Shown here piece after piece: positions 1-8,857 of a stretch of 51,099 nucleotides of DNA. Within the stretch, counting starts at the first letter, position 1, and each line of letters opens with the position of its first letter. Under the pieces are notes generated by a model. The model was not told where the DNA came from, made no database searches, and saw only the letters and a list, made by a program, of their open reading frames with translations. Where the stretch lies: the NCBI GenBank assembly GCA_016789345.1, contig JAEURG010000237.1:1-51099 (forward strand), written 5' to 3'. Position numbers and translations under genes: made by a program. This stretch comes from Anaerolineales bacterium (GTDB taxonomy: Bacteria > Chloroflexota > Anaerolineae > Anaerolineales > Villigracilaceae).

Positions 1-267
1 AAGCCAGCGAACATCTTCCTCAATCGCTTCCACAAATTCAGTTTCTTCTTTGGTCGGGTTCGTATCATCAAAACGCAAAATCACCTCGCCGCCATTTTCC
101 TTCGCAACGAGATAATCAATCATAAACGCCTTCACATGCCCGATGTGCAAATAACCATTGGGTTCAGGGGGCAGGCGCGTGCGCACATAATTGAAGCGTC
201 CATTTTTCAAATCTTCTTTCACTGCTTCACGGATAAAATCTGTCGGTTTATTTTCTTCGTCACTCAT
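1..267 (-). CDS. glnS: Glutamine--tRNA ligase, N-terminal part (runs off window start)
   Basis: Manual translation [20 protein letters not shown]...[20 protein letters not shown]...[12 protein letters not shown]: HIGH motif and GlnRS-type RFDDTNP. Not in the ORF track. In-frame GTG at 276 with GAGG upstream is an alternative start. Confidence 0.93.
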   Translation of the reverse strand, partial: MSDEENKPTDFIREAVKEDLKNGRFNYVRTRLPPEPNGYLHIGHVKAFMIDYLVAKENGGEVILRFDDTNPTKEETEFVEAIEEDVRWL

Positions 268-398
268 TCGATTCACATACCTCAAAAATTTTTGATAGTA
301 ACCCGCTTCAACTCTACGGGATATTGGTTTCTGTTTCAGGAACATTTTTTTAACTTCAACCGTTTCAATTGCACCGATTATAATATGTCATCATAAAA

Positions 399-458
399 GT
401 AGGGACACAGCGAAATCATAAATGATTAAAGTCATAAAACGACTCGCTGTGTCCCTAC
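399..458. repeat. GTAG-type REP-like inverted repeat
   Basis: GTAGGGACACAGCGA (399-413) and its exact reverse complement TCGCTGTGTCCCTAC (444-458). Confidence 0.75.
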
Positions 459-476
459 ATCATACTAGGAGAAAAT

Positions 477-806
477 ATGGAAGACAAAAAATCAAACTTC
501 TACGGCACATATTTTAACAAGGATACCGTCCTTAAAATTGCACGATGGTCTGGTATTTTAGCTTGGGTGTTACTTATTGTATTAAGCTTCTTCGCGCTAA
601 ACTCTTTCCTTCAATTCTTATTTCAATATTCGACTGGTATATTTTTCCAAAAAGGTATGTCTGTTTTTGATTTAATTGGTTACTTTACGCCATATCCACA
701 ACAATTTGCCCCAGGCATTGTTTACTTCTTCGGCTTGAAATTTGTAGAAAACACCTTGCTAATTCTTTTAGATATAGAAGAATCAGCACGTCGTGCTAGC
801 AAATAA
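477..806 (+). CDS. Hypothetical membrane protein
   Basis: 109 aa, AGGAGA RBS, two hydrophobic segments. Confidence 0.75.
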   Translation: MEDKKSNFYGTYFNKDTVLKIARWSGILAWVLLIVLSFFALNSFLQFLFQYSTGIFFQKGMSVFDLIGYFTPYPQQFAPGIVYFFGLKFVENTLLILLDIEESARRASK

Positions 807-859
807 AAGTACTTGCCCCAAGCCTTTGGGCATGCTAAAATTCTGTCCGCTGGATATAT

Positions 860-930
860 TGGGGACTCGTCTAATGGCAGGACAGTTGCCTCTGGAGCAA
901 CGAGTAGTGGTTCGAATCCATTGTCCCCAG
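860..930 (+). tRNA. tRNA-Gln(CTG)
   Basis: Acceptor TGGGGAC/GTCCCCA, anticodon arm GTTGC-CTCTGGA-GCAAC, T arm AGTGG-TTCGAAT-CCATT; CCA not encoded. Confidence 0.95.
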
Positions 931-934
931 CAAG

Positions 935-970
935 AAAGAGACTTCCTTCTAATCCTAAGGAAGTCTTTTT
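935..970 (+). terminator. Intrinsic terminator after tRNA-Gln
   Basis: AGACTTCCTT...AAGGAAGTCT stem followed by T run. Confidence 0.8.
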
Positions 971-1001
971 GTAAAAATTTTTATCATAATTATCTAGTAT
1001 A

Positions 1002-1030
1002 TTGACATTCCACTTTTACCCCGTTATACT
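1002..1030 (+). promoter_or_regulatory. Sigma70-type promoter, probably giving a leaderless transcript
   Basis: TTGACA (1002-1007), 17 bp, TATACT (1025-1030); ATG follows 7 nt later with no SD. Confidence 0.8.
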
Positions 1031-1037
1031 CCCTTGC

Positions 1038-1664
1038 ATGAGTGCAACGCGCAACAAAATCTTACAAACATTACTAAAAAAACCAAAGTCAACTATCAAC
1101 GAAATGGCAGAAGTAGTTGGTATTAATCCAATTTCTGTGCGACATCATCTCACCAATTTGCAAATGGAAGGATTGGTTGAGGCGCAGGAAGAACGTCACG
1201 GAGTTGGAAGACCTCGTTTGGTTTACCTTTTAACTAGCGAAGGCATGGAGCAATTCCCAACTCGTTACCTACAATTGACAAAACGCCTCATTACTCAGAT
1301 GAAAGAGTCGATGCCTGCCGAGACGGTGAGTACTCTCTTCGGGCAAATTGCAGATAATCTTGTCAGTCAATATGAGCATGATGTAAAAGGGCTAAGTATG
1401 GAAGCACGCTTAGACTTCGTCAAAGATTTGCTGGCGCAAGAAGGTTTTACAGTTGAATGGGAAAAGAAAGACGACTCCTATCAAATTCACGAAACCTCTT
1501 GCCCATATTATCAAATCGGAATTGCACATCCAGAAGTTTGTACGGTTGACCAAACTTTAATTTCAAAAATGTTGGCATTGCCTGTAAACAAAGTGCAATG
1601 TATTTTAGATGGCAGTGCCCATTGCACGTATGTTGTGCAACAATCAAATGTAAAAAACAAGTAG
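1038..1664 (+). CDS. SufR-like HTH transcriptional regulator
   Basis: N-terminal wHTH (VRHHLTNL...GVGRPRLVY), C-terminal Cys cluster (SCPY...VC...QC...HC). Start moved to ATG 1038 because the TTG at 1002 is the -35 box. Confidence 0.8.
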   Translation: MSATRNKILQTLLKKPKSTINEMAEVVGINPISVRHHLTNLQMEGLVEAQEERHGVGRPRLVYLLTSEGMEQFPTRYLQLTKRLITQMKESMPAETVSTLFGQIADNLVSQYEHDVKGLSMEARLDFVKDLLAQEGFTVEWEKKDDSYQIHETSCPYYQIGIAHPEVCTVDQTLISKMLALPVNKVQCILDGSAHCTYVVQQSNVKNK

Positions 1665-1671
1665 AGGAACT

Positions 1672-2022
1672 ATGAGCGAAGAATCTGAAATCAAAGAAAT
1701 CCAGTGGACTATCCACTCCACCCATCCAGAAATGGTCAAAATCGCCCGTGAAAAACTTGGTGAAGTGATTGACCCTGAAATTGGCATGACCATTATTCAA
1801 TTAGGTTTAATTCGAGATGTAATCATTGAAAATAATATGGGGCGAATCAAAATGATTCTAACCACTCCATTCTGCCCGTATGGACCCGCCATGATTGAAA
1901 TGACCAAAGCCAAAGCAGTCGAAGGACTGAACATGCCTGTCACCATCGAAATGGGCATGGACGTTTGGGACTTCTCCATGATGGAAGACCCATCCGCATT
2001 AGACTGGGGTATGTACGCTTAA
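1672..2022 (+). CDS. Metal-sulfur cluster assembly factor (DUF59/SufT/PaaD-like)
   Basis: VIDPEIG..I..LGLI and LTTPFCP motifs. Confidence 0.88.
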   Translation: MSEESEIKEIQWTIHSTHPEMVKIAREKLGEVIDPEIGMTIIQLGLIRDVIIENNMGRIKMILTTPFCPYGPAMIEMTKAKAVEGLNMPVTIEMGMDVWDFSMMEDPSALDWGMYA

Positions 2023-2035
2023 TTCGCGTAAAATT

Positions 2036-2070
2036 AAAAAAGACACTACTGATTCCAGTAGTGTCTTTTT
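2036..2070 (+). terminator. Intrinsic terminator
   Basis: AAAAAGACACTACTG-ATTC-CAGTAGTGTCTTTTT. Confidence 0.85.
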
Positions 2071-2139
2071 ATTTACCTTGTCACTTTTTTGCAACGAGAT
2101 TCCTTAATTGTGCCAGTATAATGAAAACAGGAGTTCACT

Positions 2140-2364
2140 ATGAATAGCCTGCAAAAAATCATTATGCAAGAAATTGAAACCCTTGAAGACATGCGCCTGT
2201 TTGATGTGCTAGGCTTCATCCGCTACATCAAAATGGAGAAACCTGCCAAGCCTAAAGGAATTGAAAAATGGTTTGAAGAAGTGGCAAAGTCTGTGCAGGA
2301 CCGAGCAGAAGAATTAGAAGTTACTCCTGAACAAATTCAAATGCAAATTGATAAAGAAAGATAA
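2140..2364 (+). CDS. Small hypothetical protein (weak DUF2281-like N-terminus)
   Basis: TATAAT and AGGAG upstream; EIETL....L.DVLGFIRYIK pattern. Confidence 0.65.
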   Translation: MNSLQKIIMQEIETLEDMRLFDVLGFIRYIKMEKPAKPKGIEKWFEEVAKSVQDRAEELEVTPEQIQMQIDKER

Positions 2365-2423
2365 TCTTTCACTAGCCCAAATGGGTGAAATAATTTTTTC
2401 CTTCACATGATACAATCCCGCAA

Positions 2424-3593
2424 ATGACTACTATCCGCACGCCCGCACGCATTATCCCTCGCGCTTTTCCCGGCATTAAGCCAGATGAAGTGCAAGAAAT
2501 TATTATCAATAGTCAAATCAAATCTTATCCTGCCGACACAGTTCTGTGCAAGGAAGATGCAGTTGAACATACCTTTTATATGATTCTCGAAGGGGATTTT
2601 GAAGTTACAAAACTCATTAACAAAACAGAAAAAAGATTGTTGAAGACTTTATCCGCTGGAGACTTTTTTGGTGAAATGGCTTTGATTCACAATGCACCAC
2701 GCGCCGCGACGGTTAAATCGCTCAATAGTGCAGTGGTGCTCGAATTGGACAAAACAGGCTTCGACAGAGTCTTGAAGCGAAGTCCAAGTGTAGCAATGGC
2801 TATGGTGGACGAAATCAGCAACCGCTTACGTCAAAACGATGCGTTAGCCATCGAAGATTTAAGATTACGCGCCTCTGAACTTGCCGCCGCATATCAAAAA
2901 TTGGCTGAACAAGATTTAGCCCGCAGAGAATTTTTAACGAACATCGCGCACGAATTACGCACACCGTTGATGGTGGCAAGCGGTTATTTACATGCGTTGA
3001 AAAAAGGAATGCTTTCCGGTGAGCAATTGGAGGCAACTGTTGAAACCATCAGCCGTAATGTTGACCAAATTGTGAACCTCACCAACGACATTTTATTTTT
3101 GCAAGAAATGGATTTGGTCTTGCCAGATTTTCAAGCAGTAGATATGAAAAATGTGATTGAAAATGTTTTGCATAAATATGAAGGCAAAGCCAAAGCGCGT
3201 AATGTTTCGTTGAAAACAAAAGGCAACATGAATGTTTCTAGCGTGCAAGGGGATGCGCCATCTTTAGAGCGCGCCGTAACTGCTTTGATTGATAATGCTA
3301 TCAAATTTAGTCCGCCAAATGGTGCTGTAGAAATTCGTTTAGCAGAAGATGCCAGTCATGTTAAAGTGATTGTGCAAGATAACGGCATTGGGATTGCACC
3401 TGAAATCCGCCCTCGCATTTTTGACCGATTCTTCCATACTGAAAAATTAGATGATGAAGAACTATACAGTGGTTTAGGTATTGGGCTTTCTATTACTCGA
3501 CAAGTCATTCAGCAACATCGTGGCAATATTGAGGTAGAAAGTGAAATTGGCAAAGGAAGTACCTTTACAATTTCGTTGTTGAAATGGAAGTAA
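2424..3593 (+). CDS. Cyclic-nucleotide-binding domain histidine kinase
   Basis: cNMP domain GDFFGEMAL...PRAATV; H-box AHELRTPL; N box DNAIKF; G1 DNGIGI; G2 GLGIGL; no TM segment. Confidence 0.92.
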   Translation: MTTIRTPARIIPRAFPGIKPDEVQEIIINSQIKSYPADTVLCKEDAVEHTFYMILEGDFEVTKLINKTEKRLLKTLSAGDFFGEMALIHNAPRAATVKSLNSAVVLELDKTGFDRVLKRSPSVAMAMVDEISNRLRQNDALAIEDLRLRASELAAAYQKLAEQDLARREFLTNIAHELRTPLMVASGYLHALKKGMLSGEQLEATVETISRNVDQIVNLTNDILFLQEMDLVLPDFQAVDMKNVIENVLHKYEGKAKARNVSLKTKGNMNVSSVQGDAPSLERAVTALIDNAIKFSPPNGAVEIRLAEDASHVKVIVQDNGIGIAPEIRPRIFDRFFHTEKLDDEELYSGLGIGLSITRQVIQQHRGNIEVESEIGKGSTFTISLLKWK

Positions 3594-3636
3594 CAATCCT
3601 CTAATTCTCTTTCTGTTTTTTAATGGAGTCCCCTTA

Positions 3637-4434
3637 ATGTTTAACATATTCAAAAAAAACCGTTTTATCTTTTTACTCTTTTTAATTGTTTCTCTTGCCT
3701 GTAACTTAACCAACCCCATTTCACCTGAAAATATTCCCTCATCAGATACAACCAATACACAGCCAACCGAAAACGTAGTTATTCAAGGCTTATGTGATAA
3801 CCCAATTTATCCCGTCAAACAAAACGCAACATGGACGTATTTCAACACTGGCGGTCCAAGTGGCGATTTTACTTATACAGATACTATCACCGAAGTTCGC
3901 CCCGATGGTTTTACACTTACCACCACATTTGAAGGTTTAACTCGCACTCAAAAGTGGGCATGTGAAACTGGCGGCTTGAAAGCACTCGAATATGGCGGCG
4001 GACCTACTGCGGCAATCAGCACCCAAGATGTAAACATGCAATTTAGTACATTACAAGTCACTGGTGTTAGTTTGCCAAAAGAAATTGTGCCAGGTATGCA
4101 ATGGCTATACAGCCTCACACTCGAAGGCGGAACTACCATGCCTGATGGCTCGCAAACAAAATCGAGTGGCACATTCAACGTCACCATGCAAGAGATGGGA
4201 AGTGAAACCATTACTGTCCCCGCCGGCACATTTGAAACAATCAAATTTCAAGCAACTACTACATTAGATATTGTCGGCGAATTTCAAGGCATTCAAGTTC
4301 CCATGAAAATTACAGGCTCAACCATTACTTGGTTTGCACCAAACATCGGACAAATCAAATCAATCAGCAATTCAGATTTTGGCGGCGCGCCATTTACACT
4401 CACAACTGAATTGCAATCTTATAACATCCCCTAA
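3637..4434 (+). CDS. Lipoprotein of unknown function
   Basis: Signal peptide with SLAC lipobox; ETITVPAGTF motif typical of a secreted beta-rich family. Confidence 0.8.
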   Translation: MFNIFKKNRFIFLLFLIVSLACNLTNPISPENIPSSDTTNTQPTENVVIQGLCDNPIYPVKQNATWTYFNTGGPSGDFTYTDTITEVRPDGFTLTTTFEGLTRTQKWACETGGLKALEYGGGPTAAISTQDVNMQFSTLQVTGVSLPKEIVPGMQWLYSLTLEGGTTMPDGSQTKSSGTFNVTMQEMGSETITVPAGTFETIKFQATTTLDIVGEFQGIQVPMKITGSTITWFAPNIGQIKSISNSDFGGAPFTLTTELQSYNIP

Positions 4435-4922
4435 ATAAAAACAATTTTCAATTTATCATCTTCATAAAACGACCTTGCTGAAAATGGCGGGTCGTTTTGA
4501 TTCATGGAATGGATTTTATTTAACAAGATTGGCAAATCTTCGACAACTGGCAAATAACTTAACGCTTCTTTCTTAACCCATTCTGGTTTGCCTTCGTGTG
4601 ACTCTTGTATCTCACCCGAAGCATTTTCTCCACAAACAATAAACAAACAGATTCCGATTTCATTCACATCTACAATCACAGTACCACATAACCACAAATC
4701 GGCAGTGATGCCTGCTTCTTCAAACAATTCTCTTTTTGCGGCAGTGATTACATCTTCTCCACGTTCTATGTGACCACCCAAACCGTTATATTTCCCAGCC
4801 CATAATCGTTTTGTCGGTGCACCTTTTATCAATAAATACTCATCCCCGCGGCGGATGAGAATCATCGTGCGGGGAATGAGCATGTATCTATCTTTTGTAA
4901 TTTTTTGGTCAGAACTTGGCAT
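4431..4922 (-). CDS. NUDIX hydrolase (8-oxo-dGTPase-like)
   Basis: Nudix box GGHIERGED...AAKRELFEEAG. Confidence 0.92.
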   Translation of the reverse strand: MPSSDQKITKDRYMLIPRTMILIRRGDEYLLIKGAPTKRLWAGKYNGLGGHIERGEDVITAAKRELFEEAGITADLWLCGTVIVDVNEIGICLFIVCGENASGEIQESHEGKPEWVKKEALSYLPVVEDLPILLNKIHSMNQNDPPFSARSFYEDDKLKIVFI

Positions 4923-6341
4923 TTAATCTGCTAAATCACTCACATCTTCAGCGGCAACATCACCTTTGACATAATCTTCAAACTTAGGTGCAACTTTTAC
5001 AGGCTTGATATATTTATCAGTATATTGTTTGGTATCTTTTACGCCGAGCAAATTGAACAATTTATCAAATTGTGCTTCCCAAGCATTCATTAATTTTGTT
5101 TTGGCATCTTCTGGCAAAGCGTAAGACTGGGCTTTGAACGGACCAATCGCATTCTTGCGAGTCTTGTAATAGAACTGCTCATCGGTCATGCCGGGCTTGC
5201 GGTCTGCGGCATTATTTATATCTAGCCACGCATACATTTCTTTTTTGAAGTCAGCAGGCACATTATCAAAGAACATGGTGGTGAAGTTTGTAGCAAGATG
5301 AACTTCAATTGCCTCGTTTTGCACAAACTTGTTAAAGTTTTCTTCTGGCACGGTTGATGCGCCATGCTGAACTGTTCCGCCCATGCCATATTCTTTACGA
5401 CCAATGCGACTCAAATCACGCAGAACATCAAAAGCAATGGTCACTTCGGCAAGAGAACCATCTGCAAGCACCGTGCCACCATGAGAAGTACCAGTCAGTA
5501 CACTGATTTTGCTCAAACCTGCTTTATTAGGTGCAATTTCTTTCAGATATGTATTGAACCCATTCATATAAGCGCGTAATTCAAATTCATTTGAATTTGT
5601 TGTTCCTACTTCTCCAATTTCACCACCAATGGAAATTGTTACGCCTGCTGGTTCATTATCACGAATAAATTTAGAAAGTTCTGCCGAGAGTTTGCTATTC
5701 AATGCTTGTTGTTCTTCTACAGTTGGTAAATGAATATCTACTAAAGTAGAAGTATCTACATCAATATTGTAAAAACCTGCGGCAATCGCTTCGGCAGAAA
5801 GGTCACGAACTGCTTGTAATTCGGCTTCTGGATCTGCCTGATATTTTTTTGCAGAGACTTGGAAGTGGTCACCTTGAATAAAAACGGGACCGACAAATCC
5901 TTCGGCGATGGCGGCGGCGAGGATATTGGTCACATATTCGGATGGGCGTTGGGCACTATAACTCATTTCAGAACGAGCCAATTCAAAAATAAATGCGCCT
6001 CCATTAATCTTAAGGGCTGAACGGAACATGGCGCGTGCGGCGTGATAAGATAAAGCGCGTAAATTAAATGCTGGGGTGGTAAAAGTCATTGGCACTTCTT
6101 CACGTCCGCGAGCCATGTAAAGGTCGTGAATGGACGCTGGGATGATACCCAAGTCTAAGGCGACGCATCGGATGATGTAACGAGACCAGCCCGCACTTAA
6201 GTCTGAAGCGAGGGCTGAACGTTCAACCAGTTTGCCGACATTTTTTCTAAATGTATTTGCGTCTAAAACTTTTACGGTTGTCCCTTCTACTGATACACTG
6301 TTTTCAAGCAGTGCGAGTAATTCATTGACGTGATTCGACAT
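4923..6341 (-). CDS. Class II fructose/tagatose-bisphosphate aldolase family protein (long form)
   Basis: PAFN, IQGDH, GEIGEVG, GTSHG, VQHGAS motifs. Confidence 0.82.
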   Translation of the reverse strand: MSNHVNELLALLENSVSVEGTTVKVLDANTFRKNVGKLVERSALASDLSAGWSRYIIRCVALDLGIIPASIHDLYMARGREEVPMTFTTPAFNLRALSYHAARAMFRSALKINGGAFIFELARSEMSYSAQRPSEYVTNILAAAIAEGFVGPVFIQGDHFQVSAKKYQADPEAELQAVRDLSAEAIAAGFYNIDVDTSTLVDIHLPTVEEQQALNSKLSAELSKFIRDNEPAGVTISIGGEIGEVGTTNSNEFELRAYMNGFNTYLKEIAPNKAGLSKISVLTGTSHGGTVLADGSLAEVTIAFDVLRDLSRIGRKEYGMGGTVQHGASTVPEENFNKFVQNEAIEVHLATNFTTMFFDNVPADFKKEMYAWLDINNAADRKPGMTDEQFYYKTRKNAIGPFKAQSYALPEDAKTKLMNAWEAQFDKLFNLLGVKDTKQYTDKYIKPVKVAPKFEDYVKGDVAAEDVSDLAD

Positions 6342-6454
6342 AACAATCTCCTGATAAAAAAATGATAACTTGATTATATCTTGAATTAAACGATATAATT
6401 GCTAGAGCGAAACAATTTGAAAATAATAACGTATATCTTTGGCAGGAGGCTCCC

Positions 6455-6973
6455 ATGAGCGATTTTTTTGAAAAAGTAAGTAGTCAGGTTGACCCGTTCA
6501 AGAAACTGGTTTCATATATTCCCGGTTTCGGCGGGTATGTTGAACGGCAGAATCGTCGCGACGCAGATGCTCTCTTGCGTGAAACGGTTGCACGCCGCTT
6601 TGAAGAACAATGGAGTCGCATCTCTAATTTGCAAGCGGAACTCGTGAGCAACGGCATGATTAAGTATGTTGATGATGTAGAAAAAGCTGCATTGGCTTTG
6701 CGCACATTCATTGACAAAATCAGCACTGCTGCACGCGGGTATTCTGGTTTGTTTGATGCGGTCAAAATCAACGAAGCCGAATTGGAAAAAATTTATCAAT
6801 TTGACGCCGCCTTTTTTGATTTAGGTGACCAAGTGAAAAGCGGAATTGATAATTTAGAATCCAGCATGAATGATGAAGAATCATTACCTGCCGCGATTCG
6901 CAATGTGACCACATTGGCGCGTTTGGCTGTGGAAACATTTGAACGTCGCTCTGAAGTTGTAACAGGAAGTTAA
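6455..6973 (+). CDS. Conserved-looking helical hypothetical protein
   Basis: AGGAGG RBS; IPGFGGY.ER..RR.AD.LLRE pattern. Confidence 0.8.
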   Translation: MSDFFEKVSSQVDPFKKLVSYIPGFGGYVERQNRRDADALLRETVARRFEEQWSRISNLQAELVSNGMIKYVDDVEKAALALRTFIDKISTAARGYSGLFDAVKINEAELEKIYQFDAAFFDLGDQVKSGIDNLESSMNDEESLPAAIRNVTTLARLAVETFERRSEVVTGS

Positions 6974-6980
6974 TATTTTT

Positions 6981-7010
6981 TGTAGGGGCACGATATATCG
7001 TGCCCCTACA
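6981..7010. repeat. GTAG-type REP-like perfect palindrome
   Basis: TGTAGGGGCACGATATATCGTGCCCCTACA is a 30-bp perfect palindrome. Confidence 0.8.
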
Positions 7011-7019
7011 GGTATTTTT

Positions 7020-8426
7020 ATGTGGCATGAATATATCAACGCAACCTCTGTTGATGAGGTGATACAAATTCTCGCCGAAAAGCGTGAACGCGCACGCGTC
7101 ATCGCTGGCGGCACTGATTTGATTCTCGAACTCGAACGTGGCGTTCGCAAAGGGGTAGATACATTAATTGATGTAACCAGAATTTCTGAATTAAAAAAAA
7201 TAACAATAGATGAAGATGATGTCATTCATCTTGGCGCGTTAGTCACGCACAATGATTGCGCATCTGATAAATTGATTCGCACACGCGCATATCCATTATC
7301 ACGCGCGGCGTGGGAAGTTGGCGCGCCACAGATTCGTAATCGCGGAACCATTGCTGGAAATCTAATCACCGCATCACCAGCAAACGATACCATCACGCCA
7401 TTGATGGCACTTGGCGCAAGCGTTACATTACTTTCAAAAAATAGTGAAAGAACGATTCCGCTTAAAGAATTTTATACAGGTGTTCGCAAAACCGTCATGC
7501 AACCTGATGAAATGCTGGTGGATATTTCTTTCCCTGCCATGACAAAATCCCAACGAGGCGCATTTATCAAGTTAGCATTGAGACGTGCACAAGCGATTTC
7601 TTTAGTGGATGTCGCGCTTCTTCTTGATTTGAAAGCGGATACTGTAAAGTCAGCCTCTATCACACTTGGGGCAGTGACTCCCATCATTGCCCATGCAACA
7701 AAAGCGGAGCAATTCTTAATTGGCAAAAAATTAACCGATAAAAATATTATCCAAGCCGCCGAACTGGCAGTGGAATCCGCTACGCCAATTGACGATGTGC
7801 GTGGCTCGGCAACTTACCGCCGTGAAATGGTGAAAGTTGTCGTCAAACGCGGCTTGACCATGATTCGTGATGAAAAACAAGAATCAGGCATGCCGAAGAA
7901 GCCGATTTTGTTAGATACACAGACGATGGACGATGGACTGGAGACCATAAGTAAATTTCCAGAATCAGCAATTGAAACAAAAATTAATAATAAAAATTAT
8001 TCCTTCAAAAGCGGACATGACAAAACCTTATTAAGATTTTTGCGTGAAGAAGGTATGCTCATTGGTACAAAAGAAGGTTGCGCCGAAGGTGAATGTGGTG
8101 CATGTACCGTCTTCTTAGATGGTCAAGCCGTGATGTCTTGTTTAGTCCCTGCGCCACGCGCACACAATGCTGAAATTATTACAGTGGAAGGTTTAGCAAA
8201 CGGCGAAGAATTACATCCAGTGCAAGAAAAATTTATCGAACACGCCGCCGTGCAATGCGGATATTGTATTCCGGGCTTTATTATGTCTGGCGCAAAATTG
8301 TTAGAAGAGAAACCGAACCCAACCAAAGACGAAATCGAACAAGCGATTACCGGCAATTTATGCCGTTGTACAGGTTATTATAAAATTGTAGATGCAATTC
8401 AAGACGCAAGTAAAATGAAAGCATGA
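7020..8426 (+). CDS. Xanthine dehydrogenase family FAD-binding subunit fused to C-terminal 2x[2Fe-2S] subunit
   Basis: IAGGTDL, QIRNRGTIAGN, DDVRGSA.YR; then GC.EGECGACTV, QCGYC.PG, GNLCRCTGY. Confidence 0.93.
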   Translation: MWHEYINATSVDEVIQILAEKRERARVIAGGTDLILELERGVRKGVDTLIDVTRISELKKITIDEDDVIHLGALVTHNDCASDKLIRTRAYPLSRAAWEVGAPQIRNRGTIAGNLITASPANDTITPLMALGASVTLLSKNSERTIPLKEFYTGVRKTVMQPDEMLVDISFPAMTKSQRGAFIKLALRRAQAISLVDVALLLDLKADTVKSASITLGAVTPIIAHATKAEQFLIGKKLTDKNIIQAAELAVESATPIDDVRGSATYRREMVKVVVKRGLTMIRDEKQESGMPKKPILLDTQTMDDGLETISKFPESAIETKINNKNYSFKSGHDKTLLRFLREEGMLIGTKEGCAEGECGACTVFLDGQAVMSCLVPAPRAHNAEIITVEGLANGEELHPVQEKFIEHAAVQCGYCIPGFIMSGAKLLEEKPNPTKDEIEQAITGNLCRCTGYYKIVDAIQDASKMKA

Positions 8427-8433
8427 GGTCTGT

Positions 8434-8856
8434 ATGGGCAAATATCAAAGTTTATCCAGAAAAGCAGTAAAAGAAAAAAGCCGAGATGTGCATGTCGCTT
8501 GGCGCGGCATTGGATGTATTATGATGTTAATTATCCCAGTCATTTCTATTGCGGCTGGTGTGATAACCATTGATTACGGTTTGGCTAATAAATGGACAAT
8601 CCCATTTCAACTATTGGGCTTTCCGCGTTATCCAGATTGGTTTTATGCATCAGACGGTTTAATGTTACTCCTCAGACCAATTACATACACAAGGCATTTC
8701 TATGCCTATGCCGTCACAAGTATTTTGTATATGATTTTGCTTGGTGGCATTATGTCTGTCCTCTACGCATTTATGTATCGCCTTGTTGGTCCACCGCAAT
8801 ATGGTCCATTAGATGTTCCGCCACCAAGTGTTAAATTGAAAAAATATAAAAGATAA
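8434..8856 (+). CDS. Hypothetical membrane protein within the molybdoenzyme operon
   Basis: GAGG RBS, 2 TM-like segments, tightly spaced with both neighbours. Confidence 0.75.
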   Translation: MGKYQSLSRKAVKEKSRDVHVAWRGIGCIMMLIIPVISIAAGVITIDYGLANKWTIPFQLLGFPRYPDWFYASDGLMLLLRPITYTRHFYAYAVTSILYMILLGGIMSVLYAFMYRLVGPPQYGPLDVPPPSVKLKKYKR

Positions 8857-8857
8857 A

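Noticed and set aside
136-396. 86-aa plus-strand ORF
   Set aside because: Antisense shadow of glnS, whose motifs are unambiguous
268-400. Possible T-box leader upstream of glnS
   Set aside because: No GGTGGNACC T-box motif or terminator visible on the minus strand
793-1005. 70-aa ORF
   Set aside because: Overlaps tRNA-Gln and its terminator
2140-2364. Toxin-antitoxin module
   Set aside because: Only a weak antitoxin-like look; no adjacent toxin ORF
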